Source of the DNA: Azolla caroliniana
Lineage: Eukaryota; Plantae; Polypodiophyta
Assembly (NCBI GenBank): GCA_043228905.1
Contig: JBHGNT010000015.1
Coordinates: forward strand, 14,260,001-14,324,000
Direction of reading: 5' to 3'
DNA length: 64,000 nucleotides
Shown: positions 12,657 to 24,791 of the stretch, piece after piece
Numbering within the stretch: position 1 is the stretch's first letter
How the letters are laid out: each line of letters starts with the position of its first letter
Position numbers and translations under genes: made by a program
Notes under the pieces: model-generated
Seen by the model: only the letters and a program-made list of their open reading frames with translations
What the model was told of the DNA's origin: nothing
The model's database searches: none

Positions 12657-14808
12657 ATGGCCGGAACTTCAAGTGCTAGAGACTCTAATGATAGTCTAGC
12701 ACAAGCAACGATGAGGATGATGGACCAAATTCTTGAAGCGAGAGACAACGTCGCAGGCCTTGACGTTGCCATTAATAGGATCGTGGATGCCAACGGATAC
12801 ATTGATGGTAGAGATGTGACACGATATCTTCAAACCTACAAAACAGAAATGCTGAAAAAGGGTATTTCTATGGCAAGACAAGTGGCAAGCTTCTCAAGGA
12901 TTGTAACTTCAAGTATTTACTCTAGGGTCCTAGAGCTAGAAGAGGACAATCCTGAATGGTCGTCTTTCGAACAAAGTTTACTTGAAGAATATGGGTTTGG
13001 TGACTCATCTCAAATGACGAAGAAATATTTAATGGACTGGGTGGAGTCTTCTAACAAAGAGTTGAGTGCGAGTGCGACGCTCCACGAGTTCGAGCAAAGA
13101 TTTGATCGTCTGCCTGCACTTGACAAAATAATTCTTGATTTCAGCAAGGTGCTCCTATTTATCAAATCAGTAGATGAGAAAGATCGAAGAGATATTGGAC
13201 TACTATTAGAGAATGATGAAGGCATCGTTTCTGATTGGGCAGCAATGAAGAGAGCATGTGGACGTTTTGATAAGCGTCGATAATGGGACAACGAGACAAG
13301 ATCGAATGTTGTAGCCCAAATTGGCCGGCAAGCTCACAACGCAAGACAAGAACTACAAGCCCAAAGACCGAGCGATGATGAAGTGGCTCAGCCCACAGAT
13401 GGAGCCAGAATGGATGAACTTGTAGACATGCTTCGAGAGATGAAATTTTCTCAAATTAGAAAGGAGGAAACTCAAAGTTTTCCGGGTCGTTGCTTGGACT
13501 TTCCCCGTAGGTGTATTTGGTGTGACTCCTTGGAACACCAGCGGAGAGATTGCTCAAAATTCCAAAATGCCCTCCGACGAGATATCATTTATCTCTCCAA
13601 CAACCGGATTCACTCCTCGGTGACACAACGTCCTCTCAATACCAACTTTGGCCGAGGAGGTATGAAGAAGTTGATGGAGGAAACGGAAGAAAACAAAATG
13701 AATAATGTTTACTATTCCTCATCTGTTGGAATTCGAGCTGGACACGAGACGAGAGCCCAAGAATCTCAAGTAGGAGAATTTTGGTCAATCATATTGAATC
13801 AAGTCAGAAAAGGGAAGCTTTGCATGAACGAGACACTCAAAGCAGAACGAAGAGTCCAATAAATGACAGGATGGGAGGTCCATGTGGAGGAGAAGTCTAG
13901 CTTCGTCGAGGCCATGTGTCAAAACTATGACGTCCTAGTTGAAGATAAATGAAAAAGACCAGACAATCAATCAGGCCCTTCAAAGAAACATGAGACAAGA
14001 GAATTTGTTCGAAGAAAGTAGGAATCATCACCGCCCCAAACGATAACCGAAAGACGGAAGAAAAGAATCGAACCAATGTTCAAACTACGCTCGGAGATAG
14101 AGCAATCCACCGACCTTAAGCGTGTGATGGAAGAAAGAATCTTGGATAACCGAATCGAGTTCACACTACGAGAGGTCTTAGGAAGTGCAAAAGAAAGAAT
14201 TTCATGATGTCATCATTGACTTAATAAAAAGGAAGAGACTAACGACAAGTGAAGAAGGGACTAGACCGGCAAATATCTCGACGAGCACTATCATAATGGA
14301 AGGACTCGAAATTGAACAAGAATTTGCCAATAGCCATTTTGCAAGGCCACATTGGGCTAGGGCCACTACCGAGACACTGGTGCGGATGGGAGATTCGAAA
14401 GATTCGGTGGTGGCGCTCATTGATCATGGCTCGGAGATCAACCTCATGTCTCTTGACTTCTATTGAAAGGGTCGTTGGCCCATTAATACTAGGTATGGGT
14501 GGAAGATTCGAGCGGCAACTAGGGCGACGGAAGAGCTTCATGGGGCCTGCCCTAACGTTAAGGTAACTATTGGTGACGTTGAGCATGATCAACACTTTTT
14601 TGTACAAGAATCGGCATCACATCCTATCATCCTTGGCGAGCCTTACATAACAACATCCCAGATGGAGACAAAGGTACTTGATAATGGTTCAACATATGTG
14701 CGGATACAAAGTCAAGATGGGACAAGCTCAATTCAATTCCTCATAGTACAACCGAACCATGAAAGAAATAGGCATAACTTAGGGAAAGAAGTTAGGGAGG
14801 ATTTTTAA
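12657..14808 (+). pseudogene. gag: Element B Gag-protease (stops and frameshifts)
   Basis: ORFs 12657-13283, 13383-13862 (CIWCDSLEHQRRDC knuckle), 14185-14466 (DHGSEIN); frame ends at GAT TTT TAA. Confidence 0.9.
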
Positions 14809-14862
14809 TTCGGGCTATTAGGGAGAGGGACAACAATAGTCCGGGACATCTAACTATGTCCC
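14799..14862 (+). promoter_or_regulatory. Predicted -1 frameshift cassette of B
   Basis: GGATTTT-TAATT; stem 1 CGGGCTATT/AATAGTCCG; loop GGGACA pairs with TGTCCC; -1 frame open into ORF 14856-16226. Confidence 0.8.
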
Positions 14863-17800
14863 CAATTCCGTGTAATAAAAGTTGTCACCCCATTAATGAA
14901 AATGAAGTCTTGTTTTCTGAAAATGGGATGTGTAAATTTAACAACATAAATAGAGGAGATATTAAAATAGGAATCCTAGAGGAACAACTTAGAGAAATCG
15001 GGATTATCAGCGAGGAAGAGGCAATAAACGGGTACATGGAGATGATATCATTTGATGATACTCTTGGGGAAATGGAGAAAGTCATCAAATCAAAACTGCA
15101 AGTCAACAAAATAATTCCAATCAACTCTGTCGCCTTATACACTGCCATCGACGAACACGAACAAGGTGTCTTGACGGATGAAGTCGAAGTTAATACCAAA
15201 TACAAGAATGTGGATAAGAAGGTCAAACCTATGGCTGCTCCCTTGCCTAAAGACAGTTGGCAGCGAATAAAGGAGGTAGCACGAGATCCGTGCTTTAGAG
15301 ATCCGAAAGGAGTAGGGCATGTCTTCACCGACGAAACTCGACGAAAGCTCGAAGTGGGTGGGGGTGAGTTTTTGCTTCCCAAAGAAGAGTCCAAGTTCCG
15401 GGAAATGTTGGAGCAACACGGGAAAGCATTTTCCTTTTCCCCACAAGAAATCGAATGTGTTGACCCAATGCTTGTAGAACCAATGGTTATCTTTACAATA
15501 CCCCATGTGCCATGGAACTTGAAGCCAATTCTCGTTCCAAGAGCTCACATTCCAAGACTGTTGGAGCTATTAAAAGAAAAGATTAGAATGGGAATCCTTG
15601 AGTCATCTAATGTGCCTTATTCAAATAGGTGGTTCAGAGTGCCGAAAAAGAATGGAGTGCTTCGATTTATCCAAGATTTGCAACCGGTAAACAAGGTCAC
15701 CATTCGTAATGTTGGTATTGGACCTAGTGTTGATGAGTTTGTTGAAGCTTTTGCAGGAAGGTCGATTTACTCGATTGGAGACTTGTATTCTGGATATGAC
15801 CAATTTCAATTGTCTTTGGATAGTTGGGACATCACAACAATGCGGATTCCCATCGGGCTAGTAAGGATGTGTACATTACCACAAGGGGAAACTAACTCGG
15901 TGGCCCACATGATGAATGCCATGAACAAAGTACTAAGAGACTGCATCCCAGATATTACGATGCCTTTCCTCGAGGATATCCCTATAAAGGGGTGCCCCGA
16001 ATCAGAGAAGGTCGAGTCTTTAGATCAAGATGGATGTCGAAGATTTGTCTCAAACCATATTAAAGACTATGGAAGAGTGCTAGAAAGACTAGAAGGTGCA
16101 GGGCTCACATTCTCTGGAGAAAAATCAACATTTGGCCAATGCGAGATCCTAGTAGTGGGACATCTTTGTGGACCATACAGACGAAAACTGTCTCCCGAGA
16201 AGGTGAATGCTATTCAAGAGATGTGAGAGGAATGTGGAACGCAAACAGAGGTACGAAGATTCTTAGGAGCATGTGTGTTCTACCACATTTGGATTCCGCA
16301 CTATGCTCATGTGGCCGAACCCTTGTATAGCTTATTGGAAAAAGGGAGAAAATTCAAATGGGAACCGATACACACAGAGGCAATCAAGAGGTTAAACAGA
16401 CTGTTGGTGACAGCACCAGCTTTAAGGAAAACTGTCTACAAAGAAGTGATGCCCATCTATGTCATGGTAGATACGAGTCCAACGAGAATTGGATGGGTCA
16501 TCAACCAAGAAGGAGAAGATAGCATATGGTACACCATCCGGTTCGGAGCAAAGGTTCTTAGTGAACGACAACAAGGATACGCCCAAGTAAAACGGGAACT
16601 CTGGGGTATCATGTATGCAATAAAAGTAGACAAGGACTACTTGATCGGGTCAGAGGTGGTAATTGAAACGGATTGCCTCCCAATCCTTGGGATGATCTCC
16701 GGATGTGCGACACCAGATCTGGCTATGTTAAGATGGATCTCTTATATCAAGTCTTTGAACTCGGAGATCCGCCACATTGCTGGGAAGAACAATGCCATGG
16801 CCGACATGTTGTCAAGAGGAAGATTCAAGGATGAAAGTGACATGGTTTTAGAAGATGAAAACGTCGCCCTCGACTTCTTCAAGGGGAGTGGTTACTAATC
16901 GGCAGATTCTTGAGAACGAGGATGGCACATGCTTCATGGATGAAGGAGGAGGCTCTACAAATATGAAAGAAAGCTTGCTAGTACTTTCTAAAGGGAGGAT
17001 TCCTCTAGCAGCATCCAAAGAGAAGGATAGGGATGCCACGACGAGTGGTGGTGAAGAAAGATGACCAAACAACGTTGATGTCTGAATTCCACGAAAGTTC
17101 ATGGGCAGGTCATAGAGGAACGTGGGCAACGTTTGAAAAGCTAAAGGAAAAGTATTGGTGGCCAAGCATGTATAAAGATGTACTACATTTCGTGTCCACA
17201 TGTGAAAGTTGTGAGGTACATTTGAACGTACGTCACGGTGATGGGTTGCGACCAACATACCTACTCACCATACACTTTAAATGGATGGTGGATCCGGTCT
17301 CGATGCCAATGGGAGTGGGATAGATGAAGTACTTGGTACTAGTGAGGGAAGACCTGACAAAGCAGGTAGAAGGATGAACCTTAGCAAATAAGAAGACGAC
17401 AGTCGTATGCAAATTTCTACTCTAAGAGGTCGTCTGCCGATACAGATGTGTGGGAAAGATAGTGGCCGACTGAGGGGAGCTAGATGCACATGAAGCAATG
17501 GAGCTCTTCAAGCGACTAGGCGTAAACCTCTCCCTCACAACTGCCTATAATCCGGAAGCAAATGGGAAGATCGAGTGAGGGCATGGGCCGATAGTCAAAG
17601 CCATCGTACGAGCATGCGATGGTCGAGTTGGGAATTGGCCGCCATTATTGCCCTATGCATTGTGGGCCGATAGAACTACACACAGTTCCGTGACAAGCTA
17701 TATGCCAACAGAGCTCATGTATGGACAAAAACCAATAATGCCCATCGAGAGGACGATCGGTTCATGGGTAGCAATACCATGGGAGAATGAGATGAGCCGG

Positions 17801-18429
17801 GAAGAATTATTTGCAGCACAAATAGAGCAACTCGAAAGAAGACCTGAAGACCTAGAGAACCCGCGAAAGATAATGGAAACAACCCGCGTGAAGAATAAAA
17901 TTTGGTTTGATAAGACACACCCACTGCATCCGAAGAAGATCGAAGAAGGAGATGACGGGAACTCCTAGCTCCTTATGCGCAACGCTCGGCCACAACCGAG
18001 ATTCTTTTCATGCACAGAAAACGGGAAATAGAACACGATACAAAGGAGAGGAAGATACACACAGACTACACAGGAGGTTTACGTGGAAAACCCCAAACTA
18101 GGGGAAAAACCACGGCAGCCCACAGGCTGCAAACTGTCACTATGTATGAATGTACAAAACAGTGAGTTCTCGAAGGCAACGACCTCGGACTCACACTCTT
18201 CGCCACAGGCGGCGGTTACAACAGAGGCAACGACCTCTTTCTCTCTCTCTCTCTCTGTACACTATTACATGCTCTCTCTTCTTCTTGCACCAACAAGAAA
18301 AGTAACAACAACAACAACTCTACATATTAGTTTGCCCTAAGTCATATTTATACTAATATGACTTTTCGGCTATTTACAAGTATAGCCACGATGGCCTCTC
18401 AGAAACATATTTACGAATATGTCTCTTCC

Positions 18430-18750
18430 TCCTGTTCATACCGGGTCTGCACCATCCGGCTCTCCGTAGCCGGGTACTCCTCATCCGGTTCACACCGGGC
18501 CTGCACCATCCGGCTCTCCGTAGCCGGGTACTACTAATCCGGTTCACACCGGGCCTGCACCATTCGGCTCTTCGTAGCCGGGTACTACTCATCCGGTTCA
18601 CACCGGGCCTGTATCATCCGGTTCTCCGTAGCCGGGTACTCATCCGGTTCACACCGGGCCTATATCATCCGGCTCTCCGTAGCCGGGTACTCATCCGGTT
18701 CACACCGGGCCTGTATCATCCGGCTCTCCGTAGCCGGGTACTCCTCATAC
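18430..18750. repeat. 51/54-bp CCGG-rich minisatellite in the U3 of C (6 units here, 5 units at ~23375-23640)
   Basis: CATCCGGTTCACACCGGGCCTG(C/T)A(C/T)CATCCGGCTCTCCGTAGCCGGGTACT(ACT) units counted by eye. Confidence 0.92.
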
Positions 18751-18829
18751 CGTTTGTTTGTCGGCACTGTCCTCTCCCTTCCCATCCGGAGGGACCTGTC
18801 TCCCAACAAACTCCCCCTTCACTCCGGCA

Positions 18830-21800
18830 TGGGGTGTCTTACCAGTTCGATTCTCTTCCGGCATGCATCCAGCTTGTCGGGTGTCAGCACTTTGGTCAGC
18901 ATATCTGACCCGTTCTCGGCCGTGTGGATCTTCGTCAGTGTGAACTCCTAGTCATCTACTCTTTCTCGGATCCAGTGATACCTCCGCTGGATATGCTTCG
19001 TCCGGGAATGGTAGGCCGCATTTTTAGCAAGGTGGATGGCACTTTGACTGTCGCAGTAGAGTCGGTATTCCTCTTGATGTATACCGAGCTCTCCGATGAA
19101 GTCCTTCATCCATAAAATTTCCTTGCCGGCTTCCACAACCGCCATGTACTCCGCCTCTGTGGTTGACAATGCAACTGTCTTTTGCAGCCTCGACTGCCAC
19201 GAAACAGCTCCCCCTGCATATGTCAACACATACCCGGATGTAGACCAGCTGGTATCCACATCAGCCGACATGTCCGAATCGGTGAAACCGTCCAGTTGAG
19301 GTTTTCCTGAGCCGAATCTGAGACACATATTTGAAGTGCCCTTCAAATACCGGAGTATCCACTTGACCGCGTTCCAGTGCTCTTTGCCGGGATTGCTCAT
19401 AAACCGGCTCACCACTCCGACTGCGTATCCAATGTCCGGTCGGGTACAGACCATTGCGTACATCAAGCTCCCGACGGCAGAGGCATATGGAATCTTCATC
19501 ATATCAGCCTTCTCTGCTTTCGTCTTCGGGCTTTGGTTACCAAACAACTTGCAGTTTGCCGGAAGTGTCAATCCGACCGGTTTTGCTTTTGACATGTTGA
19601 ACCGGTGAAGCACCTTTGTCACATACTTCTCCTGTGACAGCCATAATTGCTTCACTGACCGGTCCCGAATGATGTGCATCCCCAACATCTGTCTTGCCGG
19701 ACCCAAGTCTTTCATTGAGAAGGTCCGGTTGAGAGCCTTCTTCAGCATCTGTATTTTGCCTTGGTCTCGTCCGACGATCAACATGTCATCCACGTACAGG
19801 AGGAGTATCAGGAAGTCCCCTCCTTCGAACTTCTTCACAAACACGCAGTGATCGGCCTGCGTCTTGTGGTACCCTTGATCGGTCATGAAGGAGTCGAACT
19901 TCCGGTACCATTGCCGGGGAGCCTGCTTCAGTCCGTACAGGCTCTTCTTCAACCGGCATACCAGGTGCTCCTTCCCTTTCTCCACAATTCCTTCCGGTTG
20001 CTGCAAGTAGATCTCCTCTTCGAGGTCGCCGTGAAGGAATGCCGTCTTCACGTCCAGCTGCTCTACCTCGAGGTCCATGCTTGCTGCTATACTCAGCACC
20101 GTCCGGATGGAGGTCATCTTTACTACCGGGGCAAATATCTCGTCGAAGTCCACGCCCTTCTTCTGCTGGAACCCCTTCACCACGATCCTGGCTTTGTATC
20201 TCGGGGGGTTGCCGACATCTCCCGGTTTCAACTTGTACACCCACTTGTTTCGGAGTGCCCGCTTTCCTTTCGGCAGCTCCACCAATTCGTACGTATGGTT
20301 CTCATGCAGGGAATCCATCTCATCCTGCATGGCACTTAACCATTTTTGACTGTGGATGTCTTCCTTCGCTTCTTCGAAGCTTTCCGGCTCTCCCTCATCG
20401 GTCAACAAAACATGCTCTGCATCCGGAAATCTCCGGGGCGCCCTTCTCTCTCTGAGAGGATATCTACGTCTTCGGGCTTCAGTAACCGGCTCCTCCATTT
20501 GCTCTTCATCCGAATCCGATTCGGGGTCTTGACCGGTTCCGGTCTCAGCTTCCTCTACTTCTTCTTCTGCCGGTTCGGTATCCTCACCGTAACCGGCTGG
20601 TTCCTCGAGTGCTAACCGGTCTCTTGCTGGTTGGGTCTGCTCATCGTAGAGTCTATCGTTACCGGTCGACTTGGAGTTCATCATCTTCTTCTCCGACTCC
20701 CAGTCGGCGAGCGTCTTGTCCTCCATGACGATAATATCTCGACTCCGGAATACCTTCTTGTCGACCGGGTCCCACACTCGGTAGCCAAACTCATCGTCAC
20801 CGTAACCAAGGAATATGCATGGCCGGGTCTTTGGATCTAACTTTCCTCTCCGGTCCTTTGCTACATGCACGTACGCGAGACACCCGAACACCCTCAGATG
20901 CTGGTAGGACACTTCCTTACCGGTCCATACTCTCTGTGGCGTGTCTCCGTCCAAGGGTACTGAGGGTGATCTGTTTATCACATATGTCGCCGTCGACAGT
21001 GCCTCAGCCCAAAACTTCTTGGGTAGTTTTGCATGCGCTAGCATACTCCGGACCCTCTCCATTATGGTCCGGTTCATCCTCTCGGCCAGTTTGTTTAGTT
21101 CCGGCGTCTTCGGCACGGTAAATTCGAGCCGGATTCCCTTCGAGCGGCAGTCCTCCTCGAACTGCCCTCGGTATTCTCCTCCGTTGTCTACTCGAACTGC
21201 CTTCAGCTTCTGGCCGGTTTCTCTTTCCACTCTCGCGTGGAGCTCTTTCAAGACGGATAACACCTGATCCTTCGTCTTCAGCGGTGTGGCCCACAGCTTT
21301 CGACTGTGGTCATCTATGAACGTCACGAAGTATTGCGCTCCGGCATGTGACTTCGTGTCTACTTGACACACATCCGTATGCACCAACTCTAGTGGTGCAT
21401 TACGTCTCATCGGTGGCCTTGGTCAGAAGGAGGTCCGGTTCTGCTTACCGGCCAGACAATCAGTGCACTTCTCTAAGTGCACGTTCTTCACTGGAATGAG
21501 GTTGTCGTCTGCAAGCTTCTTCATCCCCTTCTCGCTCATATGACACAGCCTCTTGTGCCACAACTCACCGGCAATGTCGGATGCCACGTTCACTTCTTCC
21601 GGACATAACCGGGCATTCATCAGGTACAACGTGTTTACCTTCCGGGCCCGAGCCACAATCAGGCTCCCTTTGCTGAACTTCATGACACTGTTCCGGATGC
21701 TACCCGTGTAGCCTTCATCATCTAGCCGACCGGCTGATATCAGGTTCAGACGAACTTCCGGAACGTGTCGGACATCCTTCAGCAGCAACTTGCATCCGGT

Positions 21801-22865
21801 TGGTGTTGTCAGCCACACGTTTCCCATGCCAACAATTTGGCATGTTCCTTCATTCCCCATCCGGACACAGCCGTGATCACCGGCTGAATAGGATGAGAAG
21901 CATTTCCGGTTCGGGGTAAGGTGGAACGATGCTCCGGAGTCTACCACCCAGGTCATCTCGTCGCCGACAAGGTTTATTTCACTCTCCTCGGTGATGAGCA
22001 TCAACTCTTCTTCACTTGCCACGATAGCTGTCGTTCACTTCCGGTCCGGTTCCCTCCGGTCTTTACCGTTCCGGTCCGGGGTTTGCTTCGAATCGGTACC
22101 GTCGGTTTCCTTGTCTTTACGGAAATGCCGACAGTTCTTTTGGAAGTGTCCCGGCTTGCCGCAATAGAAGCAAGTAGGCCTCCCCCTTGACTTTGACCGT
22201 GTCCCCGACTTCTCCCGGTTTTGGGGACTACGGTTTCTATGTCTTCCGCGTTCCGATTCGGTAAGGAGCGCTTTGGAGTCGGATCTCGTGTCTTTGTCTT
22301 TCCGACGCGCCTTCTCATCTAGCAAGCTCGACTTTACTCTTGCTAGGGATAACCGTTTTCCTTCCGGCCCGCCGTTGCCCAAAGTGACAACCAACGTCTC
22401 CTAGCTATCCGGGAGGGAACCGAGCAGGAGTAGCGCTAGTACCTCGTTGGCAAGAGGTACTTCCAATGACGTTGCCTGGTGGATCAGCCCCTGGAAGGCA
22501 TTGATGTGCTCCGCCATGCTGGAGCCATCTTGGTATCGGAGTCTTACTAGCTTCCGGAATACCGAAACCTAGTTAACAACATTTTTGTTTTGGAACATTA
22601 TGCCGATCTTCTCCTAGAGCTCATGAGCCTTGCTCTCTTCATTGACGTTGTTGTATAGGCTCATGTCGATGAAGCACCGTATGTACGCTTTTGTCTTCAT
22701 GTGCATCACCTCCCATATCGCGGCGTCGATTTTGTCCGGTCTCTTGTCCCCGAACTGAACCGGCAGCCAGAGGTCTTTAACCACGAGCATGTCCCTCATC
22801 TTCGACTTCCACACTGAATAGTTGGAGCCGGTGAGCTTGAACATGCCGCCAAACGATTCGTCCAT
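18830..22865 (-). pseudogene. gag-pol: Element C Gag-PR-INT-RT-RH polyprotein
   Basis: CFYCGKPGHFQKNC, WVVDSGAS, VHTDVC, LLYVDDM; ORFs 22614-22865, 22035-22394, 21423-22022, 18948-21410. Confidence 0.95.
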
Positions 22866-24791
22866 TTTCTGTGTCGATTTCGCTCTGATACCACTTGACG
22901 GGAACTCCTAGCTCCTTATGCGCAACGCTCGGCGACAACCGAGATTCTTTTCATACACAGAAAACGGGAAATAGAACACGATACAAAGGAGAGGAAGATA
23001 CACACAGACTACACAGGAGGTTTACGTGGAAAACCCCAAACTAGGGGAAAAATCACGACAGCCCACAGGCTGCAAACTGTCACTATGTATGAATGTACAA
23101 AACAGTGAGTTCTCGGAGGCAACGACCTTGGACTCACGCTCTTCGCCACAGGTGGCGGTTACAACAGAGGCAACGACCTCTTTCTCTCTCTCTCTCTCTG
23201 TACACTATTACATGCTCTCTCTTCTTCTTGAACCAACAAGAAAAGTAACAACAACAACAACTCTACATATTAGTTTGCCCTAAGTCATATTTATACTAAT
23301 ATGACTTTTCTGCTATTTACAAGTATAGCCACGATGGCCTCTCAGAAACATATTTACGAATATGTCTCTTCCTCCGGTTCATACCGGGTCTGCACCATCC
23401 GGCTCTCCGTAGCCGGGTACTCCTCATCCGGTTCACACCGGGCCTGCACCATCCGGCTCTCCGTAGCCGGGTACTACTAATCCGGTTCACACCGGGCCTG
23501 CACCATTTGGCTCTCCGTAGCCGGGTACTACTCATCCGGTTCACACCGGGCCTGTATCATCCGGCTCTCCATAGCCGGGTACTCATCCGGTTCACACCGG
23601 GCATGTATCATTCGGCTCTCCGTAGCCGGGTACTCCTCATACCGTTTGTTCGTCGGCACTGTTCTTCTCCCTTCCCATCCGGAGGGACCTGTCTCCCAAC
23701 AGGAGATTGGGTATTGGTCTACGACAACAGCCTTGACAACCAACACAGGACCACAAGGAAGTTCACAAGAAGGTGGTTCGGACCATATGTGGTGATGAGT
23801 TCCAAGGACAACGCCGCCTACCACCTCGTGGAGCTAGACGGACCAAGGCTTACCATACCCATTGCGGGGAAAAGATTGAAGATATTCAAGAAAAAACAAG
23901 ATGAGGGTCCTAACGTCGATGACCTCGACAATGAAGATAGTACAACGGGACCCACAAACGTCAACAAAGAGGATGTGGAGGAAATTGATTAATCATCGTA
24001 GCCAAAATCTCACACTCACTTCTTGGCACGTTGTCGCGTTACTACGCGCGTGCGTGGGGAAATGAGGCGGGACCACCGGGGTCTTGAACCAAAGAGCAGG
24101 TGATAGAAGGAGAAAAGAGAAGGAGAGAGACGCCCGGTCACGTATGAGCAAAGAAACACAGGGGCGGTGCCCGTCAACACAGAAGACGCGAATGGACACA
24201 GAGATAGGGAGACACAGGTGTTTGTATATTAACGAATAACAAGTACACAGCAGAACACGCGAGCGGCTACAACCGAACAGGCCGGCGAACAGATGCCGAT
24301 GCCTGTTCGTCTGCGCACGAAAAGGGGATAGGATGGAGGTGCTGCCGGGAGCACACGGGCATTCCTCAAAGCAACGCGAGCTTCCCGAAACCTGCAGAGA
24401 AGAGCAACAGAGAACAGACAGAGGAGAAGCGTTCGGTTCCGGTCCGACAACACTTCGTCCCCCTGAATGCGCGCCCTTTTCTCCCTGCATCTCCCTCTCC
24501 TTTATAGCGTTAAGAAGGGAGCCGTCTCCCTCCTTTACTTCCTACCTACCGAATCTAACTACCCGGATATGCCTTCGTACTTAATTCTCTATTATATACA
24601 TTAAGGGCGCACACACGTGAAGAGCCGGTTCACGCACGCTATGCACCGATTGCGCGAAGGGACGGTTTTCTTCACGACATCCACCCCCACCTAGCCGCGC
24701 ATCCACCGGTATGTGCCAAAATTGGGTTTTGGTTGGAGAAAACCGGCCCGGGTTCCGGTTCCTCGTCCATCGGTTCGTCCTCCGCCTCAGA

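Larger units (their letters stand above)
17953..23701 (-). mobile_element. Element C: full-length Ty1/copia with a few inactivating mutations
   Basis: LTRs 17953-18808 and 22896-23701; TSD GGAGA on both sides; Met PBS 22881-22893; PPT at 18809. Confidence 0.97.
14805..23992 (+). pseudogene. pol: Element B RT-RH-INT, interrupted by copia C at 17953-23701
   Basis: ORFs 14856-16226, 16275-16898, 17033-17323, 17648-; KIEEGD|WVLVYD resumes at 23702. Confidence 0.92.

Noticed and set aside
18374-18601. Repetitive ORFs (MNRMSSTRLRRA...), also at 23317-23544
   Set aside because: Translations of the LTR minisatellite, not genes
18430-18750. CRISPR-like regularity
   Set aside because: Head-to-tail units without unique spacers, inside eukaryotic LTRs, no cas genes
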